A stretch of 62,184 nt of DNA, filler included, from Nemertoderma westbladi (lineage: Eukaryota; Animalia; Xenacoelomorpha), in assembly GCA_032718475.1 (NCBI GenBank). It is 3 parts of 3 records of this genome, joined end to end, with 100 filler letters (N's around TTAATTAATTAA, not from the genome) between each part and the next. Parts side by side here need not be neighbours in the genome. Positions count along the whole stretch, not along the records: positions 23,320 to 51,264 come from JAUCBJ010005243.1; 2 more parts are not named here. One strand, 5' to 3'. A program made the translations under genes and the position numbers. Positions 23,320-35,278 of this stretch are shown here, one piece after another (the stretch's first letter is position 1; every line of letters begins with the position of its first letter). The notes beneath the pieces are model-generated. The model was not told the DNA's origin. It did not search any database and was given only the letters and a program-made list of their open reading frames with translations.

Positions 23320-25039
23320 GACAGTACCACTGTCAGACTGTTGGCCTTTACTGCCGTACCGGTACGGTACGTAGGTTATTGTTAGATGTCCGCCTGTCGG
23401 ACCGTAATTGATAATATACTGTAGCCTATTTAATTTTGTGTCACTTATTCCATTAGACCATTACTACTTTATTAGTTTTAGACTGTTTTATATATTTTAT
23501 TTTGGAGTTAAACTGATTTACTAGACTGTCTGGTTCTGCCTCCTCCCACTACATTAATAATTCTCGATGTAAGCTTGGATATCAACAATATACAGTATAT
23601 ACTGTACATCAATATATGAAATAGGTTGTTATATTATATTTATATTAATTAAATCATAAAACAATAAGTCACAACCCAATCTGTAACTAACTAAAACTAA
23701 ACAGTATAGTCTTCAAACCCATCGAACTACAATTCGTCATCGCTGGTGTCATCAGCATTAGTCAAATGACCCAGAGCGTCGTCATCTCCTATGGTTACAT
23801 CGTCCTACGTCGCCACAACACAGAAGGATTGTCGAATTGCCCTTTTCTCTGAAGACTCCGTCTTTGTGATCGACTGTAGGCGACGGTTGTACGCAATAAC
23901 CATAAGTTTGTTAATTCATGTGGGACCTTCATAAACTTCCTACCCGCTTCATAAAATAGGCCCCAGGTACCCACTCATCACACCCCCCCCCCCCCAAAGC
24001 CACCCCCTGCATTGTTCAATTAAAAAAAATTCGAAAAATTTAAATAATTCATTATATTTCATAAAAAATTCAAAAAATTGAAAAGTTTAATGGGTAATTT
24101 TCTGTATCATGAATTTTTTAAACCCTAGTCATATCGATTTTAATTTTAAAAAAATGCTGATGCCGCCTACTGTAATACATACTGTACTAATACATACTGT
24201 AGCACCTGCGCTCAATTTTACTTCGCTGAAATTTATCGTTTTCTAACATTAAAAAATGGAAAGTAGAAAAATTATAGGAAAAAAGAGAAAGAGGAAAATA
24301 AAACCTGAAGGGTTTTATTTTCCTCTTTCTACTCTACTGTATCACATCCATAACTATCAAACTCCACGAGACCGAGACGAATATGTAAACTATTTGGTAG
24401 GTAATCCATAAAAGTACTAAAAAATGAGGGAAGCAACTCTTTATCTCATTTTAACTTGTGTGGTGGTTCCTTTTTCTCCTTTATTTTAACTTTTGTGGTC
24501 CCCATTTCCCCTTTCTTTTTCTTGAATTTTGGGTTCCTTTTATGTGAAATTTGCCGCTGGGAGGGGTGTAACTACTGAAACCACTAAACACTACTTCCTA
24601 TCAGCACTACTTAAACTATCAGACTAAAGATTGCACATAATGTACATGTACCGGTACCAAGGCCGAATAGATAATAGGTTATGCAGCCAAAATTCAGCCT
24701 TCTGACTAGAGGGTTGAAGTGTTTATAAGTGAAATACGATAGCAAAGGTAAACAAAACTGGTTTTCTATGGTTTTCGAGGGCGCTGAATTCGTTTTTACA
24801 ACATTAGAAGCGTGAATAAATAAATTTCTTTATGTACTCCTATTTTTTTTATTGTTAATTTTATAGTTCCTCTGTATTTCTCGTTTATTTGAATGTTTAA
24901 TGTAAAATTTAGAAAAATTTTAATGTAAAATCTTCAAAAAAATTCGGATTTAATTTTTAAATGTTAAATTAATAATTAAATTAAAGCGAAATTAATGTTT
25001 ACGAGGTTAGCTTTGTAATCTTCCTAATCTTCTGTTTAT

Positions 25040-26716
25040 CTCTTTGTTTATCAGGAGATCGAAAATTGGTTATGCAATTTAGTAGTGTGTTCAATTTCAC
25101 CATTTTAGCCTTGTGTGGAAAATCCCCTTGGCAGTGCAGTGAGTTGTCAGCTGAATTGAGTCTATTAATATTAAACCTCCCATTGATTAACTTCCATTAA
25201 AAAGGCGTAAACATACAATGCCAGTTTAAAGAACTTGTTTGCAAACGTTAGTCTGCCACGATTTAAAACATCTACTGTAAATATAGTGAATTATCCAATA
25301 TCATTTGTCGCAGAGCTAACAGCAGGGCATTTTTGCGCTACAAAACCACAAACATAATACAAAGTCATTCGTTCGTCATCGCTTATCCTGTCCTGAAGGT
25401 TATCTAGATTATCCAACACAACTAACTGCCTCTTCTTCGGTAATAGTTACGGTAGCATGTTGCACCTACTGTATCACATGAATGGGCATCATTAGATGAA
25501 GGCTTGCTGGCGATATCCATATCGATAGCCAATCTGGTTCTGTCAATTCGGTGTGCATGTTCAACTTGAGCATATGGGAAATAAAATAATTACAGCCTGC
25601 AGCTTGGCGAAAATGACCATACAATGCTTCGAGATCATCCTGCAGAAAAAAGAGGAAAGGACATATTTGTGCTTGTAAACTTTTGTCGTTGAGAGTAGAT
25701 GCTTCGTGATATCAACAAGACATTAGAGGTTCTATAGACAGAAGTGCTGGTTTCATAGGTTAACTGATGGACACGCTGTTCTCTTGGACGACAACCCATG
25801 AACAAAGCTAGGTCTCCGAACTTCTGTAAAAAGTCAAAACGTGAATCATCGAGTAAAGCAAAGGGTGCACGTTCAGGATCTAATGAATGTTTCTCTCCAA
25901 ATGTGGTTTGCACATTCATAATAAGGGGGAGGGGGTTAGCACTATTTTAACACAGCAATGAAAAGTGTAATAGGGCTAGGCTTTGTCCAAATTGAATAAT
26001 TTTGTATTACAGTTAATACAGTTATATTTTGACCGACAGACTGTCAGGCATACAGACAGAAACGACGAGGCCAAACTTGAATAATGGCAAGAAATGTAGT
26101 CACCGACCACGAAAACCCATATGGGGAATTTTTCAGACAGATAGAATGCTCTTTATTGACGGACAGACATACTGACGGACACAGTAAAATGGTGAGACAG
26201 CCATATCTCGGAGATAAGTAAGACTTATCTTACTAAACGGTTATCAAAAATTTGGAATATTGATAAAAAATCTGCTCTAGATTAAATAAATAAAAAAAAA
26301 TTTTTAAAAAATTATTGAAATAGCGCTACCCCCCCCCCCCCCCCCCCCCCCCCACACCCCACCTTTAGTAAATCAGCTGTTGCTTTACGATCAACAATAT
26401 TCGATGAAGCAGAGTAGGTTGTCAAAGCCGTAACGGTTTTATCTGAAAAAACTTTGAGAGCCAGTTTAACATTCATCTTCTCAATATTCGTTGGAGCAAC
26501 AGACCTTGCAGTTAATGTTGAAAGCTTTAAGGCAGCTTCTTGTTCACTCCATTGCAACTCAGTTAAATCGCGCCACCTTGCTGTAAAAGTTTCATCCACT
26601 GAACCATCAATTTTATAGTAGTCAAGTTGCTGTATAATTTCTGATACAAAGTTGTTGTGGATGTTTATAAATCCATGAACGGGGTCGGGCATCAGGAAGA
26701 AAGGTGGTAATGTCAC
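25040..26716 (-). pseudogene. P-element (THAP9-like) transposase remnant
   Basis: Fragments PDPVHGFINIHNNF, KLSTLT..SVAPTNIEKMNVKLALKVFS, LQDDLEALYGHFRQAAGCNY and TLYYVCGFVA occur in P-transposase order, broken by stops and insertions. Confidence 0.8.
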
Positions 26717-27371
26717 AAATCCGTACCCTTGGATATAATTTATTTGCTCGAAAACAGGTCTCTGAGAAAAGACTCAGATTTTTTTTTAAAATTCAGTTAC
26801 TAGTCGGTCTCTGTGGGAAAACACTTTGATATTTTCGGGAAGTTTGGGATTTCGGGAAAAAAATTTAAATTATTTTTTCAAAACTGTTTTATATTTTTTT
26901 TTACCGTATCAGGTAATTTCGCGATTCAGCATCAGTGGCAGCATTTTTTATATATAATATTGAGTTGGAAATACAACCAACCGGTTGTATTAGAAGTATG
27001 ATCTACTATGCTAATGATCTGGATTTAATGTTGAAACATTTGGATGGTGATAAATGACTACGGTACTCAACGATATCTAGAACTGGCACCACCCAGTATA
27101 CTAAATTACAATCCTGACGGTATACTTCGATACCACCAGAAGGTCATTATCCGTCTGTGTGTTGTGTGTTCAGCCGTTGGATGACCATATTATGTTGACA
27201 TCTGCTACCTGGGATCTTGGATTTTTAGTGAAAAACTCAAGACAAGACATGTTCTAATAAGCAAGACATATTCTGCATTGAATAAGCTATCACTCTGGTA
27301 TGGAAATCAATTAACCAGAAAATAATTAAAATATTAAATAATATTTAAAAGTTGTAAATGTTTTATTGCAG

Positions 27372-27501
27372 TCGTCACCAAGGTGTCATTCATAGGTTAT
27401 ACACCGGTATCCAATGCAACTCGTGTGGCGTTCGATTTCTTATTGCCGAGACAGATCGCTACGCAGCACATCTCGATTGGCATTTCCGGTTTAATCGTAA
27501 A
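27372..27501 (+). CDS. PCF11: PCF11 exon, first C-terminal zinc finger (gene 5' partial)
   Basis: TGCAG acceptor and GTAAGT donor; RHQGVIHRLYTGIQCNSCGVRF...YAAHLDWHFRFNRK matches the PCF11 LYTGxQCxxCGxRF..HLDWH motif. Confidence 0.92.
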
Positions 27502-28363
27502 GTAAGTTTATTTAAATACTTAATAAACTTTTGTAGGTTTATTTGTTTGCAAAAATTCAAAATATGTAGTTCTATACAAGAAAGGATACCTGAGCTCTAA
27601 AATTGAAACTGAGGTAATTACAGTTTAAAAAAAAATTTTTATGAAATTCTGAGCTAAAATTTGACGAAGATTTAGAATATTAAAAACGAGGAGTTAACTG
27701 GATCTGCTAGTATTCCGTCTGTCTTTCTACTGAATCTAGGCTGTTTAACAGACCAACAGCAGTAAACAAACAATTTTAAGGAGAATTTTCTCTAATTCTG
27801 AAAATCTACTATTAACAAGGTACCATTATTAGTTTAATTTAATTCTGCGAATATTTGACCAATTTAGGTGTGTTTTTTTCACTATGCTACCAACAAATGT
27901 CTTGATCATATTATCAACCCTAACTTAAATTTCGAAAAAATAAGGTTAAGATCACTCTCTCATGAAAGGTCCCTTTTACTGAAATTGTTAAAATTGTAAA
28001 ATTAGCTGACAATGTTAGTTTATGCACTTCCTACATTATTTACTAAGATTGCGAACTAATTAGGATTAACTTATCACTATATTGAATCCTGTATTTGTGC
28101 ACCGGTACCATGATACTATATATCCATGATTAGATATTATTGGGACCATCGCGATGACTGTTTAATTCTGTAATAAACATAAAAAGCATTCAGTGAAACG
28201 TTTCAGTTTGCTATGATCGACTGTTAGTATTGGAAAATCTGGCCAGTGTAGATGTATTCCAGGTCATTAGTATACCGGTGGGTGGGTACGCAACGCACTG
28301 TCACAATGTTTCGCAACGAATCAATAATGCACTTACTTTTCAACCAATTCAATTACATCTTAG

Positions 28364-28558
28364 GAGAAGGAGGGGACCCTTGATAAATCTCAAAAATGGT
28401 ATTACTCGCTATCTGATTGGCTACTGTACCATGAGACTACTGCAGAGGAGAGGGACCAGCAGCCAATGGGAGTCGTTATGGAAAGCGAAATGACTGACAG
28501 CAATGCGAATGACGGAAGTCTATACTGTCCGATAGATGTGAATGTAGAGGGGGACGAG
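28364..28558 (+). CDS. PCF11: PCF11 exon (Clp1-binding region)
   Basis: Phase 0-0, 65 codons, EKEGTLDKSQKWYYSLSDWLLY matches the xWYYSLxDW motif; canonical splice sites. Confidence 0.9.
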
Positions 28559-28885
28559 GTAAGTGTCAGACTGCCACGAGCGTTGGGTTTTATGGCATTC
28601 AAATATTTGCCAGTCGCGATTTGGATTGCTACGTTTTGATCTTAAACCCAAATGATAAGTCAAGCCCATCTCTCTGCCAAGTGCCAACTGAGCTAGGGTA
28701 CTAGGCAATGATAGAAAGTAACTTTATATCACCAATTTCATGAAATATACATATCTTACTTTTTATAGAAATAAAGTAATACTAGTGCTAGAAAGCATTA
28801 CTTTTTGTTCACCACAAGTAATTATATTATTTAAGTGATTTTTAATGAAATTTATTATTATTTTATTTTATTTGCAATTTTTTAG

Positions 28886-29008
28886 AACTGTAGCATGTGT
28901 GCCGAAGAGTTCGAGCAGGTGTTTGACAACCAATCAGAGAACTGGATCTTGAGGGACGCAATGAGAGTCGATGGGAATACTTACCATCCCCAATGTTACA
29001 CTGATAGT
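28886..29008 (+). CDS. PCF11: PCF11 exon, second zinc finger
   Basis: Phase 0-0, 41 codons, NCSMCAEEFEQVFDNQSENWILRDAMRVDGNTYHPQCYTDS. Confidence 0.92.
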
Positions 29009-29099
29009 GTAAGTTACATCCCATAGACTTAGGAAACGGGTAGCTAGAATAAGTAAGTGTGCTTCACATTGTTTATAAGATTGTTTCCGCTGTTGGGTT

Positions 29100-29578
29100 A
29101 GGGTTTTTTGTATGACGAGCGATGAATTAAGCGAATTCAGGTGCCGCTGTCCTTATGTATGTCCGTATGTCTGTCGCCTACTTTTGAAGGCTAATAACTT
29201 TGTACACAAGTAGTCTGTCGATGGTCTGACATGTACATTTCGTGCGGGGGCTCAGAAGTTCTCCGCAGTCTTACGGCAGAGGGCGGCTATGCAACGGTTT
29301 AAATTCTGGTACCCGTATGCTATAGCATGCTTCGTCAAGACCACACGAACTTGTTGTGGGGCGAACCACGAAAGTAAACGAGCTTAGCATCCAGGTACCA
29401 CTGACTGAATCGGTGTATCTGTGATTCTTTTGTTCTGTTGAGACCAATATTTGAACATTAATAACTCCCATCAATCCCCAATAAAATCTAACCAAACTGG
29501 TACACATGTTGTTTGTCAAAAGTTTAGAAATTTTCCCAGTTGAATTTGCGTGTGGCCTTCGAGAAGCTAATATAAAAG
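29100..29578 (+). mobile_element. Possible non-autonomous Helitron-like element in a PCF11 intron
   Basis: 5' (TGTA/TGTC/CGTA) microsatellite and a 3' GC-rich segment ending GCTAAT; weak evidence. Confidence 0.25.
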
Positions 29579-29883
29579 CAGTTAATTAGTTAATTAAGTT
29601 GATTGCGTTAGAAAACAGCATTTTTCTGCAGCCTTTTAATCGATAATAATTATTTTATAGTATAAGATTTAAATAATTGTTCTTAAAAATTATACAGCTG
29701 CAATCCCCATACCCCATACCATTATAGTTTTTAATTGGTTCAAGTTGCTTTAATGTGTCTTTAATAATTATTGATCTAAACGTAATTAAAACGGCACAAT
29801 TATTGAATACAATTTATTTAATACAATTAATTGAATGCATTTAATCCCCCTCATTATTGATCAACATTATCTAGTCACTGGTA

Positions 29884-30728
29884 GGGTGCAATCTACGCCC
29901 GCGTACACCCTTCGCCCGCGTACAACCTTCGCCCGCGTCCAATCTTCGCCCGCGTACAACCTTCGTCCGGGGGAAACCTTCGCCCGCAAGGCAATCTTCG
30001 CCCGCGAGCAACCTTCGCCCAATAAGGTTTGTGTTAGTAACCATTTTAGTTGCAAATTGAGGGAAAGGAGCAGGTTACAGAGACGGCTTTTTCTATCCAA
30101 AACAATAATAGTTTATTGGGCGATGGTTGCTCGCGGGCGAAGGTTTCCGCCGGGCGATAGTTGCTCATTTTGAGGGCGAAGATTGTTCCGGGCGAAGCTT
30201 CCTCGCGGGCGAAGCTTTCTCGCGGGCGAAGCGTTCTCGCGGGCGAAGCTTTCTCGCGGGCGAAGCTTTCTCGGGGCGAAGCTTTCTCGCTGGCGAAGCT
30301 TTCTCGCGGGCGAAGCTTTCTCGCGGGCGAAGCTTTCTCGCGGGCGAAGCTTTCTCGGGGCGAAGCTTTCTCGCGGCGAAGCTTTCTCGCGGGCGAAGCT
30401 TTCTCGCGGGCGAAGCTTTCTCGGGGCGAAGCTTTCTCGCGGGCGAAGCTTTCTCGCGGGCGAAGCTTTCTCGCGGGCGAAGCTTTCTCGCGGGCGAAGC
30501 TTTCTCGGGGCGAAGCTTTCTCGCGGGCGAAGCTTTCTCGCGGGCGAAGTTTTCTCGCGGGCGAAGCTTTCTCGGGGCGAAGCTTTCTTGCGGGCGAAGT
30601 TTTCTCGCGGGCGAAGCTTTCTCGCGGGCGAAGCTTTCTCGGGGCGAAGCTTTCTCGCGGGCGAAGCTTTCTCGGGGCGAAGCTTTCTCGCGGGCGAAGC
30701 TTTCTCGGGGCGAACCTTCTATTGCACA
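29884..30728. mobile_element. Foldback element with 17-bp repeat arms (right arm expanded) and the shared core
   Basis: GGGTGCAAT...ATTGCAC ends; left CTTCGCCCGCG repeats are inverted relative to the right GCGGGCGAAGCTTTCTC array (about 30 copies, 30190-30716); core at 30058-30108. Confidence 0.8.
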
Positions 30729-30792
30729 TAAAATTGAGTAATTTTTAGTATCACTTGCGTGGCTAGTTAAAGATTATTATATTTTTTTGTAG

Positions 30793-31857
30793 GTGTCGCT
30801 TTCACAGTTATCAACAGAATTGCGAGAAGTTGATGGTGATGCGGAAACCGGGATATCCGATTCTATAACTGAGGAAACGAAAGTGCAAAACCAGACAGAA
30901 ATAAAAGAAGAGAACATTTCTACAAATTCTAATGAAGAATCTACTGAGATTCCTGCCTCCGAAGTCCCTTCGGATCAACTTGAACCTACGAAGCCCTGCA
31001 GTGCTGCCGGTACAATCGATTTAGTTAACCTCTTCCAGAATAAAGATAGTATACTGAAGGCACAAGAGGAGAAGTTAAACAAAGCTCCGCTGCCCTGTTC
31101 TACGGAGCCACCTAAATTACAGTCAAAGACTGATTCTAAAGCAACCTCGGAATTCATTAAAATACCCGCCAACAAGTCCTATGGAGTATCGCATAACATT
31201 GCTAGAGCGATGCATTTAGAAGCGGAGTGGACCAGGGCTTTAGCTGAATTAAAAGGATCAAATACACCTAAATCGAATTTATCGACTGAGGGGGAAACAC
31301 ATTTACATGGAGCAGGCGAAAGTGAAAATAATATTGTAGCAAGTGTTGATGGCATGGAACAAAATGTCGCTGTTACTCAAAGTGAAAAGGGAACAATCCT
31401 TGATACCAAGACAACAGCAGTCGCTATAGACGAACTGGAGAAACCACCTGTCGGTGATGTGTGTGCTACAACTGGGATGGAAGAAGAATTGGAGGCATCT
31501 AAAGAGTCCCTAATCCCTGTTACTACATCAGATGCAGCTACTTGTGTCTCCGATTATACATCTATTTCTTCCAAAGAATTACCAGTTGATGATAAAACAT
31601 TCAACAAAAGTACATGTAGTGAAGTAAATGTGAGTGCCCGTAGCGCCAAAGACGAATGGACTCTGGCGTCCACAACTGCTCAGAAATCGCCGGACGAAAA
31701 ACAGGAACTTATTTCAAGGGAAGTCCACAGTGACGCAACCGTTACGGTTGTTCAAACTCATGTGATTCCGATTCTCTCGACAGCGGTGAGTATAAAAATA
31801 GAATCATCAGATAACGACGTTCCTGTAATATCGCAACCATTTGTTTCCATATATTAA
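30793..31857 (+). CDS. PCF11: PCF11 probable terminal exon, 354-aa low-complexity tail
   Basis: TTTTTTTGTAG acceptor in phase 0, consistent with the previous exon; open for 354 codons to TAA. Confidence 0.75.
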   Translation: MSLSQLSTELREVDGDAETGISDSITEETKVQNQTEIKEENISTNSNEESTEIPASEVPSDQLEPTKPCSAAGTIDLVNLFQNKDSILKAQEEKLNKAPLPCSTEPPKLQSKTDSKATSEFIKIPANKSYGVSHNIARAMHLEAEWTRALAELKGSNTPKSNLSTEGETHLHGAGESENNIVASVDGMEQNVAVTQSEKGTILDTKTTAVAIDELEKPPVGDVCATTGMEEELEASKESLIPVTTSDAATCVSDYTSISSKELPVDDKTFNKSTCSEVNVSARSAKDEWTLASTTAQKSPDEKQELISREVHSDATVTVVQTHVIPILSTAVSIKIESSDNDVPVISQPFVSIY

Positions 31858-32119
31858 AAAATATAAACTCAAGAAATATAAAAAAGATAATGGTTGTAAA
31901 TCATTATTAAAGAACTCACACCGTTTTTGTCCAGTCACCCTCCTGTAATCAAGGCCCTGACCTCCCACCCAAACTTATTACGGATTATTTGAAAGATTCC
32001 TTGATGTCTTTAAGCATTCACATCCGCAAAGGCTTATTTTAGCACCATTCTCTTAAGATATCCCAATTGTTATTCGGCTTGGAACTCGTTCCAAGCTTCG
32101 TTATGGAACACATTGATGA

Positions 32120-32930
32120 TGAGGTGGCTCGGTAATATAGGGTGGCTCGGTAATATAGGGTGGCTCGGTATTATAGGGTTGCGCAGTAATATAGGGTGGC
32201 TCGGTGATATAGGGTGGCTCGGTAATATAGGGTGGCTCGGTAATATAGGGTGGCTCGGTGGCTCGGTAATATAGGGTGGCTCGGTATTATAGGGTGGTGG
32301 CTCGGTAATATAGGGTGGTTCGGTAATATAGGGTGGCTCGGTGGCTCGGTAATATAGGGTGGTGTCTCGGTAATATAATAGAAAGGCGGTGTAGCTCATT
32401 TGGTTTAGCGCCGGGCCTGCAATCTATTGGTTGTAGGTTCATTCCCGCCAGGATCCACTCAGCCTTTCATCCACTGGGGTCGATAAAATGAGTACCAGTT
32501 AAATAACTGGGAGCAAATCCTGGGATAGGACTAGCGCCCACCCCTACCCTCGGGTAGCAGATAGGAGTAGCGCCCACCCCTACCCTCGGGTAGCAGCTAT
32601 CGAAAGAGGAGCCTTCGTGTCGCCTCCGGCTTCGGCCGACTGTTTGCTTGCTTTTGCGGTAATATAGGGTGGCTCGGTAATTTAGGGTGGCTCTGTAATA
32701 TAGAGTGGCTCGGTATTATAGGGTGGCTCGATAATATAGAGTGGCACAGTATTATAGCGTGGCTCGGTAATATAGAGTGGTGGCTCGGTAATATAGGGTG
32801 GCTCGGTAATATAGGGTGGCTCGGTAATATAGGGTGGCTCGGTAATATAGAGTGGCACAGTAATATAGCGTGGCTCGGTAATACACCCTGTACTGCTCGG
32901 TAATATAGGAGGGTGGCTCAGTAATATAGA
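32120..32930. repeat. 18-bp tandem repeat GGGTGGCTCGGTAATATA interrupted by a SINE
   Basis: Direct inspection; explains ORF 32070..32399. Confidence 0.9.
32385..32656 (+). mobile_element. tRNA-derived SINE (family B, GCA anticodon-like loop)
   Basis: GGCGGTGTAGCTCATTTGG A box, GGTTCATTCCC B box, ACTCAGCCTTTCATCC..GGGGTCGATAAAATGAGTACCAG central domain, TTGC-type tail, possible TSD CGGTAATATA. Confidence 0.8.
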
Positions 32931-33557
32931 AATATGAGCCTCTTTATAAGGTTTCGTTTCTTCTCTCTGTGAGTTGGCAAACGGTCCTGAAGCAAGATGT
33001 AAGTTGAAGAACAGCTTGTTTTACCATGGTGATGGTGAACTCTTATTTATTATCGATAGCATTTACAACCATTGTTTGTTTCAGTTGCATACCGATGTTA
33101 AAAATCCAATTAAATCTATTTAATATGACACTGAGACACAACTAAAGCAGTCAATCAATTATACAAACCTGTAATAAACCAAAAAATTTATTGTACGTAA
33201 TGTTTTCTTACACTTATGAATATAAGTGCTAAAATTAATTTGAACTCTAAAAATTGATGTAGTTAAAGAAATGTCTACACGTTTACATTACCTACTGTAT
33301 TAAAAAAAAAGGTAATACGCATTTTTCTGATAAAAGGAAATGTAAAAACAAAGTCGCGGTATTTAAGAAAAAAAAAATAAAAAAATTATTATTATCAATT
33401 ATTAGTAATATTTTCTTTCTTAAACATTTTTTACAAAACAGACATATACCGGAGATTTTGTCACATCTTTACCTACTTCTGCCATTGCTTACATTGTACT
33501 CTTCACTCAATGTACAAAACCCCTGACTATTTGTATTTGACCATATTATTATTATTG

Positions 33558-34375
33558 ATGCCCTTCCACTTCGGTGTTATTGACACCCTTGAGCGCCGCG
33601 ACTCACAATAACCGGATTATGGGTTTCTGGACCAGATTAGGGCGACATCTTATGAAACCTTTGGGTGAGTTTGAATCCTTCATTGTATAATTTTTGATAA
33701 ATTAATGGATTAACGAATTAGGTTGAGGACTGCGAGTAGATGACAGCTGATTTATCACAAGGATTTCATTGGATTATTATAGATGATAAGAAAATACTCA
33801 ATTTACATTCAAACTCTTGTACATTTTATAATCTAGAATAATCTAAAATATTCGTTTGTTTTGAATCTAAAATTGGACACGCATCACATAGCTTAGCTGC
33901 GTGTTGAATATTTATATTAGCACTTAAAAATATATCGGTTTTTTCAGAAAAATGCTCCCCCATCAGTTTGACACGGTGGTAAGGTTCTTTGTATAAAGGG
34001 AATTAATTAATTATAGTAACTAACTACCAGAGAATGCAAGCTCAGTCAATACCTTAACTCCTCAGCATGATGGTCTGACAAGCTATTTCCTTCCTGTCTC
34101 AACTACTTTAATGCTAATTAACTGTATCTATATCCCATATTATTCAGCTGGTGTACTTGAATTTTTGTTCGGATATGATTCCTCCTCATAAGGAGATTGT
34201 AATTTCGCATAACCCACATACTTACAATACATACATGCATGGGTTTTTCCGTGAGGAGGACCACCCCGTGCACAATATTGGGCGTTCTCATATAGTAGAA
34301 TATATATACAAGCACGGTGGATATCGTGCTTTCTTTCTTGAGACGCCTTATAATAAAGGACACTGGCCTGTCTGA
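33558..34375 (+). pseudogene. Three-exon ORF of unknown family with one in-frame TAA
   Basis: Exons 33558-33664, 33948-33978 and 34148-34375 have GT-AG sites and compatible phases; translation MPFHFGVIDTLERRDSQ*PDYGFLDQ...YNKGHWPV. Confidence 0.45.
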
Positions 34376-35127
34376 AGATGTGTATTATTATAATCTCTCA
34401 AAAGTTATGGTATTTGGATTTGGTGTTGTGGCGGCGCAATAATTCGATTTTTCTTAGCACCCCTGTAACTTCTGCTCATGACTATGTTTTATTGTTTTTT
34501 GTTTGAATAGCTTTGCTTTCTCAATTAATAATTGATTAATTATCCTTGAATGTTCTTGCCCAAGTCAAACAGTGGTCTCATAAAACTTTTGTACTTTTGG
34601 ATTTCTGAAATTCATTGTGAAAAAGTGCGAAATTTGTGCGAGAATTAAATTGTATGTTGTACACATTTTTCTCTTACATTCAGTAATAAATTATTTTTAT
34701 TCCAAAATTGTAACATTACTCAACGCCGGTATTAATAGCGAGTTGTTATAAAGCACTTTACAACCTTAGAGGACATTACAGAATTGCATTGACCTGTACA
34801 TTTAGTATTGTATGGACAAATAATGGACATTACTTAACGCCGTCATTGGTTACCACGTAAACAATAGGTGGAAATTTGCTGACAGCCAGATAGGCTTACT
34901 GCATTACCTACCGGTAGGCGGGGTGTAGCTATTAATAACCAGTACGGCCTAGCTATATTTTATTATAACATGGCTCCAAACGCCACCATAAATATGCTAA
35001 ATAATTTATAACATAATTTATGTCATTTTTACATTTATTTATACAGCAACTAATTTAATTTGTTCAGTTTCTATCACTTATAATATATATATACAATCAT
35101 TTCGTAATGTTAAAATTTTGGAATGAA

Positions 35128-35278
35128 ACTACATACATACTTGTTGCAAAGTACTTTACAGTGTTCTGATCCTCGTGGCTTTATTTTCACTCACTCACTA
35201 ACGTTCGTTCGTGTAACAAAGCCATTCGGATCATCACACTGTAAAGTGCTACTTTAGACACAAGTATGTAAATAGTTA
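35128..35278. repeat. About 150-bp imperfect palindrome (hairpin MITE-like)
   Basis: ACATACTTGT..CTTTACAGTGT..GATCC..GGCTTT pairs with AAAGCC..GGATC..ACACTGTAAAG..ACAAGTATGT around a TCACTCAC..GTTCGTTCGTG loop. Confidence 0.7.
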
